Source: an uncultured bacterium
GTDB taxonomy: Bacteria > Omnitrophota > Omnitrophia > Omnitrophales > Aquincolibacteriaceae
Length of the DNA: 64,000 nt
NCBI GenBank assembly: GCA_964562525.1
Contig: CAZLTL010000002.1
Span: forward strand, 82,468 to 146,467
Direction of reading: 5' to 3'
Shown: positions 56,292 to 64,000 of the stretch, piece after piece
Layout: every line of letters begins with the position of its first letter
Position numbering within the stretch: the stretch's first letter is position 1
Notes under the pieces: generated by a model
Database searches by the model: none
What the model saw: only the letters and a program-made list of their open reading frames with translations
What the model was told of the DNA's origin: nothing
Made by a program: the position numbers and the translations under genes

Positions 56292-57158
56292 TTAAATCTG
56301 CGGCGGCGGGGCAATTTCATCGATTGGAACCGATTCCGGAATTTCTATTTCCCACGCCTCATCCGGAAAGCCCGGCTGAAGCGTGACATTTGAAATGTTC
56401 ATGACCGTTCGGTCTTCCGTTTCGGGGTGGGTAACAATGGTTTGCGGCGCGTAATAAAACTTCGTATTGATCCGGTCAAATTTATTTTTCATTCTCTTGA
56501 ATTTTTCGCGCACGATGACCGTGGTCGCGGTGCCGTCGGGCGTCAAAAAAGTTTCATGCTCCACTTGCCCATGCTTATTTAAAATAATCCGCCGCGCCAT
56601 ATAACGGATGCTCTGATAGGGCTTCGCGATTTCAATCTCCATGCCTTCGCCCACACCGTTTGCGCTTACGGCCTGGTCTTCAGAAAAAGGCTCGGGCGAG
56701 GCCGCGCGGTAAAGATCGAGCGGTTTGAGGTGACTGTCAAAATCCAGAGAATACTCCAGCTGGTACATATTCCCGAACCAGGCGCGGTTCATTCCCGGCA
56801 TATAAAGCATAAAATCCAAGTCATCGTTTTTGAAAATAAAAACCGGCAAACCCGATTCGCCCATGCAATCCATCAGAAGTTTTTTTCGCAGAGGATCAAA
56901 AAGCAAAGTGCCCGAACAGCGGCTTTGCGCGCCGTTCGCTTTATAAAAAAGTAATTCAATCGACGCGGCGAAAGGCGTCCAGTTTTTATTGCGGAAATAA
57001 GTATCGGTCGCTTGCTTCAGTTCGAGAACCGTTTTCGGCTCAGCCGCAAAAGCAAAGCAGGTAAAAGATAAAAAGGTTGCGAGAAAAACCAGAGACCGTA
57101 GGCCGGTGCTTTGGGTCCCGCCTTTGGGCTTCGGGCTCCGGGCTACTTTAAAGTGCAG
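56292..57158 (-). CDS. Hypothetical secreted protein (possibly LolA-like fold)
   Basis: Signal peptide ..LRSLVFLATFLSFTCFAFAAEP..; the track ORF extends to 57188 and overlaps pgsA, so the true start is probably internal. Confidence 0.45.
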   Translation of the reverse strand: MHFKVARSPKPKGGTQSTGLRSLVFLATFLSFTCFAFAAEPKTVLELKQATDTYFRNKNWTPFAASIELLFYKANGAQSRCSGTLLFDPLRKKLLMDCMGESGLPVFIFKNDDLDFMLYMPGMNRAWFGNMYQLEYSLDFDSHLKPLDLYRAASPEPFSEDQAVSANGVGEGMEIEIAKPYQSIRYMARRIILNKHGQVEHETFLTPDGTATTVIVREKFKRMKNKFDRINTKFYYAPQTIVTHPETEDRTVMNISNVTLQPGFPDEAWEIEIPESVPIDEIAPPPQI

Positions 57159-57759
57159 CATCGGCTTCCGCGGATGCAGGTCTTTCAAGCGTGTTCTTCG
57201 TGTACATAATGCGTTGATAAACTGTCCAAACCGAGCCCGCGAAAGAAATCAAAAGCAGGGGTTTCAGCAAAAAAGGAAGCAAAATACCGACGCCTACGGC
57301 GGCCCAGCGGGTTTCACGGGTAAAAATACCCACCGAACATTTTTCAATGAAGTTTTCAGCCCGCGCCTTAGCATAGCTGACTCCGAAAGAAGCGATGATC
57401 AAACCGATTGAGACTGCGATCCAAAATGGCTCGTCTTGATTAAAGAAGTGGAGCGCAATTCCGCCGAATAAGAATCCATCCGCGAAACGATCCATGGTGG
57501 AGTCGAAAAAAGCGCCGAATTTCGATTCTTTGCCCGAGAGCCGCGCAAGCGGGCCGTCCACGGCATCGCAAACTCCGCCCAGCGCCATAAAAATCGCGCC
57601 GACAAGCAAAGAGCTATTTGAAAAGCAATAACCCGCCAAAAAGCTTAAAGCCACGCCGGCAATGGTGAGTTGGTTCGGCGTTACGCCCTTACGGTTTAAA
57701 GCATCGGCCCAGCTGTTTAAAATGGAAACAACTTGGGGGTAGAATTTTTCTCTTAACAT
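57148..57759 (-). CDS. pgsA: CDP-alcohol phosphatidyltransferase (PgsA-like)
   Basis: ..DAVDGPLARLSGKESKFGAFFDSTMDRFAD.. is the D-G-x2-A-R-x8-G-x3-D-x3-D motif; 4-5 TM helices. Confidence 0.7.
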   Translation of the reverse strand: MLREKFYPQVVSILNSWADALNRKGVTPNQLTIAGVALSFLAGYCFSNSSLLVGAIFMALGGVCDAVDGPLARLSGKESKFGAFFDSTMDRFADGFLFGGIALHFFNQDEPFWIAVSIGLIIASFGVSYAKARAENFIEKCSVGIFTRETRWAAVGVGILLPFLLKPLLLISFAGSVWTVYQRIMYTKNTLERPASAEADAAL

Positions 57760-57784
57760 TTTTCTCTCTCCAGAAGGCTGTTGA

Positions 57785-57892
57785 AAAAGGTCGTTCGCAT
57801 CGTTACAAACCGCGCTTCCTTGTGCGGCGTAGGTTTCACTACGCCTCCGCGGTCGCTTGTTTGATGCCTTGCGTCCGTCCCTTTTTGAACAG
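57785..57892. repeat. Repeat family B, copy B3 (between pgsA and csaA)
   Basis: ..TTGAAAAAGGTCGTTCGC...CTTCCTTGTGCGGCGTAGGTTTCACTACGCCTCCGCGGTCG...CTTTTTGAACAGCC.. Confidence 0.7.
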
Positions 57893-58031
57893 CCTATATA
57901 ATTCTCAGATTAAATGAAATGATGACTTCGATCGGCAAGTATTGTATTTTCTCTTCCGTTGAGATTCAACAAGTGAAAAAAGACTTTTTACGGCTGCGGT
58001 TCGCGTAGCTCAGAGCAAAGGATAAAGACAG

Positions 58032-58364
58032 ATGGATAAAATTAAAATCGAAGATTTTGGCAAGTTGGATTTGCGCGTCGCAACCGTTTTGGACGTTGCT
58101 CCGCATCCGAACGCCGACCGTTTATACGTGCTTCAGCTGCAAGTCGGCGCGGAACGCAAGCAAATCGTGGCCGGCGTACGCAAGTTTTACGGCATCGATG
58201 AGTTGCGCGGCCGAAAAATCGTCATCGTTAATAATCTCGAACCTTCCGTAATTCGCGGTGTTGAATCGAACGGCATGTTGCTGGCGGCGTCGAATGCAGA
58301 GAAGACGGCGTTGTCGTTGATTGGACCTGAGAGACAACTCGACGATGGATGTAGGGTAGGGTAA
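58032..58364 (+). CDS. csaA: tRNA-binding domain protein (CsaA/YgjH family)
   Basis: ..KLDLRVATVLDVAPHPNADRLYVLQLQVG..QIVAG.. Myf/EMAP-II-like OB fold. Confidence 0.7.
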   Translation: MDKIKIEDFGKLDLRVATVLDVAPHPNADRLYVLQLQVGAERKQIVAGVRKFYGIDELRGRKIVIVNNLEPSVIRGVESNGMLLAASNAEKTALSLIGPERQLDDGCRVG

Positions 58365-58455
58365 AGCTCAGTCGCCGCATGGCTATTTCGCCTCACCGCC
58401 GGCTGGGCGCTTGTGGTCGTAGACCAAGCCGCTCCGAAGCCGCGGCGGGCTTCGC
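58362..58455. repeat. Repeat family D, copy D2 (has an internal about 20 bp insert relative to D1)
   Basis: CTCAGTCGCCGCATGGCTATTTCGCCTCACCGCCGGCTGGGCGCTTGTGGTCGTAGACCAAGCCGCTCCGAAGCCGCGGCGGGCTTCG. Confidence 0.6.
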
Positions 58456-58525
58456 ATTCAAGTCCGGCGCTCAGACAGCTGCGTCCTGTCGGCGCAGAAC
58501 TCGCGGCGGACTATAAATGCTGAGA
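58455..58525. repeat. Repeat family C, partial copy C3 (reverse orientation)
   Basis: Reverse complement reads ..TCCGCCGCGAGTTCTGCGCCGACAGGACGCAGCTGTCTGAGCGCCGGACTTGAA.. Confidence 0.6.
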
Positions 58526-58547
58526 ATCTTCGGAAGAAAATAAAAAC

Positions 58548-59372
58548 GTGTTTAAGCTGATTAAAAAAATCCTGATCTCGCTCGCCGTGCTTGCGGCGCT
58601 GGTTTATATTTCAGCGTGCGCGTATCTTTATTCCCAGCAAGATAAAATTCTTTTTCCGGGGAATCACACGCCGGCTGATTTCAAATACTCTTTCGATATT
58701 CCTTTCGAAGAAGTTTTGATTGAAGTCGATGGCGCCAAACTGCATGGCCTTTATTACCCCGCAGAAGGGGATCCTAAGGGCATGATCATTTTCTTTCACG
58801 GCAACTCCGAACGTGCCGAGCAATTCGGCGAATCGGCCGATGTGTTTACCTCGCGTGGTTGGGATTACTTCATTCCCGATTACCGCGGTTACGGCAAAAG
58901 CACAGGTGAGGTGACAAGCGAAGCGCAGTTTTTGGCGGATATTGACCGTATTTACGAATGGGCGCGCGCGAAGTATCCCGAAAATAAAATTGTTTTCGCG
59001 GGCCGTTCCATGGGCGCTGTGCCGGCCGCGTATTTAGCCTCCAAGCATCAGCCCAAAGTCACGGTTATGATCGCGGCTTTTTACAATGTTGCCGCTATGA
59101 AAGATATTCGCTATCCATTTTTGCCCGATTTTCTTTTGAATTATGAATTTCCGAATAATAAATGGATTGCCGAATCGAAAAGCCCCATTTATTTGGTGCA
59201 TGGCACCGAAGATAAAACCGTGCCTTATGAGCACTCCCTCAGGCTTTCGCCCTTAGCCAAAGCTCCGCACAAGCATTTCTCCGTACCCGGCGCAGGGCAT
59301 AGCAACTTACAAGAATTTCCCATTTACCACGAAATTTTGTATTACATCCTCAAGCTCGACGACCCGGCCTAA
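58548..59372 (+). CDS. Alpha/beta-hydrolase fold protein
   Basis: N-terminal TM anchor; ..IIFFHGNSE..; nucleophile elbow GRSMG; ..LVHGTEDKTVP..; C-terminal His. Confidence 0.7.
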   Translation: MFKLIKKILISLAVLAALVYISACAYLYSQQDKILFPGNHTPADFKYSFDIPFEEVLIEVDGAKLHGLYYPAEGDPKGMIIFFHGNSERAEQFGESADVFTSRGWDYFIPDYRGYGKSTGEVTSEAQFLADIDRIYEWARAKYPENKIVFAGRSMGAVPAAYLASKHQPKVTVMIAAFYNVAAMKDIRYPFLPDFLLNYEFPNNKWIAESKSPIYLVHGTEDKTVPYEHSLRLSPLAKAPHKHFSVPGAGHSNLQEFPIYHEILYYILKLDDPA

Positions 59373-59569
59373 TATTTCAGCATAAAACGCATCGCGTTTT
59401 TCCGCTTTATTGCCCCCACCCCTTGAGAGCTGATTTGAACCCCTCTTTTTCAGCATCGCTTGTTAGGCTGAAAAAGGATAACCAGGAAAGCCGCAGATAC
59501 ACTTGCCCAGGCTTTCACCGTTTCTAGCCTCCACCCAACTTTGGCGAGGAAAGCCCGGGAAAACAGTCC

Positions 59570-59625
59570 GGAGATAGGAGTTCTGCGCCGCAGGACGCAG
59601 TTGTTTGACTAGCGCCGGATCTGTT
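59570..59625. repeat. Repeat family C, partial copy C4
   Basis: ..GAGTTCTGCGCCGCAGGACGCAGTTGTTTGACTAGCGCCGGATCTG.. Confidence 0.5.
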
Positions 59626-59705
59626 TTTCGGGCATCTATCCCATTTTGTTAATTGAACAAAACTGTGCTTCTCTTTTAAAAGAGCTTTGCTATAATCCTC
59701 GACCT

Positions 59706-61025
59706 ATGAACACAGCCACACAGACAGATCAGCTCGATGTAAAACCTTTTCGCGCCTACCGGTACAACCCGGCACGCGTCGATTTCAAAAAAGTCATCGC
59801 ACCGCCGTATGACGTCATTTCACCGGCAAAGCAAGATCATCTCTATGGTTTGTCGCCGTTCAACGTGGTTCGCCTTATTCTGAATAAAAAAGAACCCGCA
59901 GATAACGATACTTTCAACACTTACTCCCGCGCCGCCGAAGCTTTCAACACTTGGATTCAAGAGCAAGTTTTCATGCGCGATGACAATCCTTGTTTTTATG
60001 TTTACCGTCAGTCTTATGTTGCGCCGGACGGCAAGCGCCGCGAACGCACCGCACTGCTCGGCAAAATCAAAGTTGAGCCTTTTGAAAAAGGTCTCATCAT
60101 TCCGCATGAAATCACTTTGAAAGGCCCGCGCGCTGACCGCATGAATTTGATCAAAAAAATTCACACTAATCTTTCGCCTGTATTCGGCCTTTATAAAGAT
60201 CAGGGCGGCGAAACGCATAAGCTCATTTCAAGCGCCGCGCAAGGCAAGCCTGTTTTTGACCTCATTGATGAAGACGGCATCGGTCAAACCATGTGGGTTG
60301 TTACCGACCACAAACTTTGCCAGCAAATTTCCGAAAGCTTCAAAGATAAAAAAGTTTATATCGCCGATGGTCATCATCGTTATGAAACTTCACTTGAATA
60401 CGCTCAGCTCAAGCGCGCCGAAGAAAAAACACCGCCGAAAAGCGCTCAGCCTTACGATTACACTTTGATGGCTTTCGTTTCTTTTAGTGATCCCGGATTC
60501 ATGGTGATGCCGACGCATCGCCTCATGATCAAGCTTACGCTTCCGCAAGATCAAATGCTGGCTCAGCTCAAAACACAATTTAATGTTGAAGAAATTGCCG
60601 CAGAGAAAATCGAATCCACTTTAGACAATGGCCCCGATCTTCCGGTTCGTCTCGGCCTCGTTTTCAAAGATAAGTCTTATTTGCTTACGCTTAAAGATCC
60701 GCAAGCCGCGAAAAAAGTTCTCGGCTGGGACAAGCCCGACGTTTGTTTGGATTTGAATGTGAACATTCTTGGCTATCTTGTTTTCAGCAAACTTCTTAAC
60801 TTTCCCGCGGATAAATGGGAAGGTAACTTGAAGTTTGAGCATGAAGCCAAGCCTTCAATCGAAGCCGTTAAAAAAGGCGAAGTTGAAGCCGCATTCATTC
60901 TTAAAGCCGCTCCGATTGCGATGCTTGAGAAGCTGGGTGCGGTTCAGGAGAGAATGCCGCAGAAGTCGACGTACTTCTACCCTAAGTTAGCCAGCGGCAT
61001 TGTCTTCCACCACCACAGCGCCTAA
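59706..61025 (+). CDS. DUF1015 family protein
   Basis: N-terminus ..VKPFRAYRYNP.. and ~440 aa length match DUF1015; the track ORF begins at 59646. Confidence 0.55.
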   Translation: MNTATQTDQLDVKPFRAYRYNPARVDFKKVIAPPYDVISPAKQDHLYGLSPFNVVRLILNKKEPADNDTFNTYSRAAEAFNTWIQEQVFMRDDNPCFYVYRQSYVAPDGKRRERTALLGKIKVEPFEKGLIIPHEITLKGPRADRMNLIKKIHTNLSPVFGLYKDQGGETHKLISSAAQGKPVFDLIDEDGIGQTMWVVTDHKLCQQISESFKDKKVYIADGHHRYETSLEYAQLKRAEEKTPPKSAQPYDYTLMAFVSFSDPGFMVMPTHRLMIKLTLPQDQMLAQLKTQFNVEEIAAEKIESTLDNGPDLPVRLGLVFKDKSYLLTLKDPQAAKKVLGWDKPDVCLDLNVNILGYLVFSKLLNFPADKWEGNLKFEHEAKPSIEAVKKGEVEAAFILKAAPIAMLEKLGAVQERMPQKSTYFYPKLASGIVFHHHSA

Positions 61026-61029
61026 AATT

Positions 61030-61150
61030 CGCTGAAAATTGCCGTCTGCGGCGTTGCGAATCTCGCAACTCTCGTCAACGTATTAGCACATACGCCTCCT
61101 CAGTTACTCAATTCGCGCCTAGCATCCAATCAATTTTGATCGAATTTTTC
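61030..61150. repeat. Repeat family B, diverged copy B5 (3' of the DUF1015 gene, at the left edge of the terminal AT-rich island)
   Basis: ..GCCGTCTGCGGCGTTGCGAATCTCGC...ACGCCTCCTCAG...CGCCTAGCATCCAATCAATTTTGATCGAATTTTTCAAACG.. Confidence 0.55.
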
Positions 61151-61298
61151 AAACGCTGACAAAAGCTCGCACCTTGCTTGAAACCAATGGATGACTGTGT
61201 ACCCAAAACACCTTTGACAGGTCTTATTATCAGGCGGAGAATATTGCACTTATGCGATTTTATATTACGCATCTCCTCGTTACACTGCCAAAATCTCC

Positions 61299-62768
61299 AT
61301 GAAATTTTTAATCGATACAAATATTTTTATTCCATTAGAACCTACTCAGCCAAACGAAGTGGGGCAAAAGGCTGACCGTGCAGCTGAATTTTTTAGATTA
61401 GCCGCAGACAGTGGTAATCAGATTTATTTGCACCCTTTAATTAAGACAGACTTTGAGCGTGATACAAATAAAGATCGCCAAAAATTAAGAACTCAGATGT
61501 TAAAGCGGTATAGTTATTTGGTTAATCCGCCCGAATTGAATTCTGTGCTAAATGCAGTTATTGGGACGGCGCCGGAAGGCTCAAATGATTGGGTCGATAA
61601 CAATCTTATTTCGGCATTGCATGGTGATGCAGTTGATTATTTAGTTACAGATGATGACGAGATTCATAAAAAAGCTAAGAAACTAAATCTTTCCGACCGA
61701 GTTTTAACAACTAACGATGCAATAGGTTTGCTTGCAAAGTTTTATGACAAAGCATTGGTTCCGCCGCCTGCAGTTCAAAGCACGCAAGCATATTCATTAA
61801 ATGAAGCCGATCCTATTTTTGATGAGCTGAGGTCAAAATACCCTGATTTCGATGGCTGGTTAAAGAAATGTAAGCGTGAACATCGGCAGACGTGGGTGAT
61901 TGCCCCCTCGGAATCTAAGTTGGCAGCAATTTGTATAATTAAAAAAGAAACACCGGAGGAGTACGGTTTAACTGGCAAAGTAATGAAGGTTTGTCTTTTT
62001 AAAGTTAGCCCAGACTTTGCGGGCTATAGGTTTGGTGAACTTTTGTTGAAAGCAGTGTTTACGCATGCTCACGAAAATTCTTATGATGGATTATTCGTTA
62101 CAACTTTTTCAGAGCAGCAGCAGCTGATTAGAATGTTTAATGACTTTGGATTTATAGAAATATCAGAAAAAACAAATTTGGGCGAGGTGGTTTTAATAAA
62201 AAAAATGAAACCCACTACGAAGGACTATCAAAGCCTCGATTCTTTAACCTTAAATATTCGGTTTGGACCATTTGTAACGAAGTTTGAAAGCACCCCATGC
62301 TATATCATTCCGGTGCAGCCGCGATTTCATAGCCTTCTTTTTCCGGAAGCCGAGAAACAGGCATCGCTTTTTTCTGGCCAAAATCCGTTTGGTAATAGTA
62401 TCCGCAAGGCATATTTATCGCAGGCGGTTATAAAAACATTGCCGGAAGGCTCCAATATTTTATTTTATCGATCCGAAGATCAAAAAGCTGTTACAGTGCT
62501 AGGAATTGCAGAAACGACTATGCGATCGCAGGATGCTATGCAAGTAGCTCGTTTTGTTGGGAAGCGGACCGTTTACTCGTTTGAGGAGATTCAAAGGATA
62601 ACTGCAAAAGAAACCATAGTGATATTATTTCGTCAAATAAAAGTGCTAAAAGTGCCGATAACTTACGACGAATTGAAAGGCGCAGGCATTTTAAATGGTC
62701 CACCCCAATCCATTACAACTATTCCACAAGGAGGCATACCATGGCTAAAGACGAGACTGGAGATGTAG
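61299..62768 (+). CDS. Three-domain protein: N-terminal PIN-like nuclease, central GNAT acetyltransferase, C-terminal PUA/ASCH-like region (AT-rich island)
   Basis: MKFLIDTNIFIP.. with further conserved acidic residues (..VDNNLISAL.., ..DYLVTDDD..) fits a PIN domain. GNAT motif A ..VSPDFAGYRFGELLLKAV.. and motif B ..LIRMFNDFGFIE.. are present. C-terminal ~170 aa are uncharacterised. Codon usage is AT-rich at roughly 36% GC. Confidence 0.5.
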   Translation: MKFLIDTNIFIPLEPTQPNEVGQKADRAAEFFRLAADSGNQIYLHPLIKTDFERDTNKDRQKLRTQMLKRYSYLVNPPELNSVLNAVIGTAPEGSNDWVDNNLISALHGDAVDYLVTDDDEIHKKAKKLNLSDRVLTTNDAIGLLAKFYDKALVPPPAVQSTQAYSLNEADPIFDELRSKYPDFDGWLKKCKREHRQTWVIAPSESKLAAICIIKKETPEEYGLTGKVMKVCLFKVSPDFAGYRFGELLLKAVFTHAHENSYDGLFVTTFSEQQQLIRMFNDFGFIEISEKTNLGEVVLIKKMKPTTKDYQSLDSLTLNIRFGPFVTKFESTPCYIIPVQPRFHSLLFPEAEKQASLFSGQNPFGNSIRKAYLSQAVIKTLPEGSNILFYRSEDQKAVTVLGIAETTMRSQDAMQVARFVGKRTVYSFEEIQRITAKETIVILFRQIKVLKVPITYDELKGAGILNGPPQSITTIPQGGIPWLKTRLEM

Positions 62769-63127
62769 CATTATTATCCATTCACCCTAAATATGCCGAA
62801 GCAATTCTAGAGGGGCGCAAGAAGGTTGAGTTTCGAAAAATTAACTTCACAAAAGAAATAAAAGAAATATTTATTTACGCGACTAGCCCTATTCAAAAAG
62901 TTATCGGCACATTTAGCGTGAAAGAATTGGATTCAGATAGCCCTAAGTCTTTATGGAAAAAATATGGTTCCGTTGGTGAGATATCACATCGAGATTATAA
63001 GGATTATTATAAAAATCATGATGTCGGAATGGCTATAGTGATCGATTCAGCGAGTTCTTTCGAGAGCCCCATGTCATTATCAGACTTTGGTATTAATGTC
63101 GCGCCGCAAAGCTTTGTTTACTTATAA
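62741..63127 (+). CDS. ASCH domain protein (PUA-like fold)
   Basis: ..LLSIHPKYAEAILEGRKKVEFRK.. is a typical ASCH N-terminal beta-strand plus Gly-Arg/Lys motif; 128 aa; its start overlaps the upstream gene by 28 nt (translational coupling). Confidence 0.6.
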   Translation: MAKDETGDVALLSIHPKYAEAILEGRKKVEFRKINFTKEIKEIFIYATSPIQKVIGTFSVKELDSDSPKSLWKKYGSVGEISHRDYKDYYKNHDVGMAIVIDSASSFESPMSLSDFGINVAPQSFVYL

Positions 63128-63163
63128 GTTTTGGGGTGCATTCAAAGATAAGCGGTAAGAGGC

Positions 63164-63598
63164 ATGTCGGAAGATAAGTGGGAATACATATTGAAGCTAG
63201 ATGAGGAGCTGCTTAAGGGCGGCATAATATTATCCGAGTGGACCAGCGCTCTTATTCGGGATTCGGACAAAGCGTTCTGTGCCGACGCAAATATTGCAAC
63301 CATTGTGCTTGTTCAAGCTGGTTTAGAGTCTTACCTCAAGGCCGAATTCTTTTCCGATGACTCCACCGCCAAACTATCATTTTTTGAGATGATAAATGAT
63401 AGCTCTATGGATAAAAACTTAAAATGCAAAATGCATGATCTGCGGAAAAACCGAAACAAATGGATGCATATTAATGATCCCTGGGATGATGCTGCGCTTT
63501 TGAAGTATGGCGATAATTTTGAAAACACACTCGAGCAGGATGCAAAAGAAGCGATTAAACTACTGAGGCAAGTGATTTATCAAAATCCGTGCGTTTGA
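63164..63598 (+). CDS. Hypothetical protein with an Rx4H (HEPN-like) motif
   Basis: Predicted alpha-helical, 144 aa; ..LRKNRNKWMHIND.. contains R-N-x3-H, as in HEPN RNase active sites. Assignment is speculative. Confidence 0.4.
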   Translation: MSEDKWEYILKLDEELLKGGIILSEWTSALIRDSDKAFCADANIATIVLVQAGLESYLKAEFFSDDSTAKLSFFEMINDSSMDKNLKCKMHDLRKNRNKWMHINDPWDDAALLKYGDNFENTLEQDAKEAIKLLRQVIYQNPCV

Positions 63599-63641
63599 TT
63601 TTTTAAAAGTTGGAATTTTTTAAAGCTAACGAGATAAACAA

Positions 63642-64000
63642 ATGAATGAAATAGTAAAATTGGAAGAGGCCCAGCATTTTCTTTCTCTTTGCGAAAAAGA
63701 AAGTGGGAAAAAAGAGTTCCAATTTTATCTCAGCGCTTTTTTAAGCGCCTCTCGCAGCGTGCTGCAGTATGCCCGTGAAGAGGCCAAGCTGAAAGCCCAG
63801 GGACTAACTTGGTACAATAAATGGATGCAGACAGACGCGTTTATTTTTTTTAAAGATAAACGGGATTTTAATATTCATAGCGCCCCTGTTTCCTCGCGTG
63901 CAACTCATCATATTTCCGCAGAGATCAGCATTAAGGTATCCACTGCTGTAAAATTAGAAATAAGAGACAAAAACAACGTCCTCTTAGGTTCGCATGACTC
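63642..64000 (+). CDS. Hypothetical protein, 3'-truncated by the window end; has an Rx4H motif and a shared NKWM segment
   Basis: ATG 63642 and an open frame to the window end; ..NKWMQ.. and ..KRDFNIH.. echo the previous gene; AT-rich. Confidence 0.35.
   Translation, partial: MNEIVKLEEAQHFLSLCEKESGKKEFQFYLSAFLSASRSVLQYAREEAKLKAQGLTWYNKWMQTDAFIFFKDKRDFNIHSAPVSSRATHHISAEISIKVSTAVKLEIRDKNNVLLGSHD

Noticed and set aside
57995-58030. tRNA-like 'gcgtagctcagagc' upstream of csaA
   Set aside because: It lacks the GG of a D-loop, and no acceptor stem or T-arm (GTTCGAATC-like) could be paired by eye. I could not support any tRNA, rRNA, tmRNA or RNase P gene in the window.
23525-61150. Possibility that the many short repeats form a CRISPR array
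   Set aside because: There is no array of identical direct repeats separated by unique, similar-length spacers. The copies are dispersed kilobases apart, vary in length, have internal inverted symmetry and TIRs, and no cas genes are present.
61178-61375. 65-aa + strand ORF upstream of and overlapping the island gene 1 start
   Set aside because: It is out of frame with the PIN-like gene and lies in the promoter region; it is likely spurious.

Overview
This is a 64 kb chromosomal segment of a bacterium at roughly 50% GC, almost certainly Gram-negative given the many signal-peptide and lipoprotein ORFs. Coding density is high and most genes are on the + strand.

Core content I can support from the sequence:
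- Oxidase-assembly locus (4.8-12.9 kb): cytochrome c biogenesis ccsB/ccsA, heme A synthase, heme O synthase, an ABC ATPase plus ABC-2 permease, SCO1/SenC and DUF420, with no oxidase structural genes.
- TCA block: icd, mdh, acnA (39-44 kb), then gltA, sucC, sucD (50.6-54 kb), followed by an ATP-grasp-like gene that overlaps the sucD stop codon.
- Trehalose locus (45.7-50.6 kb): otsA, a GH15 glucoamylase/trehalase-like gene and otsB. The OtsA carries an unusual N-terminal two-transmembrane sensor-like extension.
- Arsenic module (28.4-30.4 kb): arsR, an 11-codon Cys-rich ORF, acr3 and arsC, with a perfect palindromic operator candidate at the arsR start and direct ~70 bp repeats bracketing the whole module.
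- DNA repair and housekeeping: mutY, fpg, rnhA, pepA, prfC, pyrE, rsmB-family and SpoU-family methyltransferases, suhB, uup (ABC-F), cysE, pgsA.

Accessory signals:
- At least five families of short MITE/REP-like repeats fill the intergenic space, often as mosaic arrays. One copy sits in the 3' end of a gene and is followed by a diverged duplicate of that gene's tail.
- Tandem heptamer arrays (TAGTCTN, 4-5 units) lie upstream of four genes. Two of them sit exactly 14 nt before the start codon.
- Two AT-rich islands are likely acquired: (i) 30.7-32.5 kb, a single 519-aa ORF flanked by inverted heptamer arrays; (ii) 61.2 kb to the window end, encoding a PIN-like + GNAT + PUA-like fusion protein, a translationally coupled ASCH protein and two small proteins with Rx4H (HEPN-like) motifs. 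The second island is my best candidate for an undescribed RNA-targeting conflict system.

No rRNA, tRNA or CRISPR array could be supported by eye. Start codons and repeat edges are approximate where noted.
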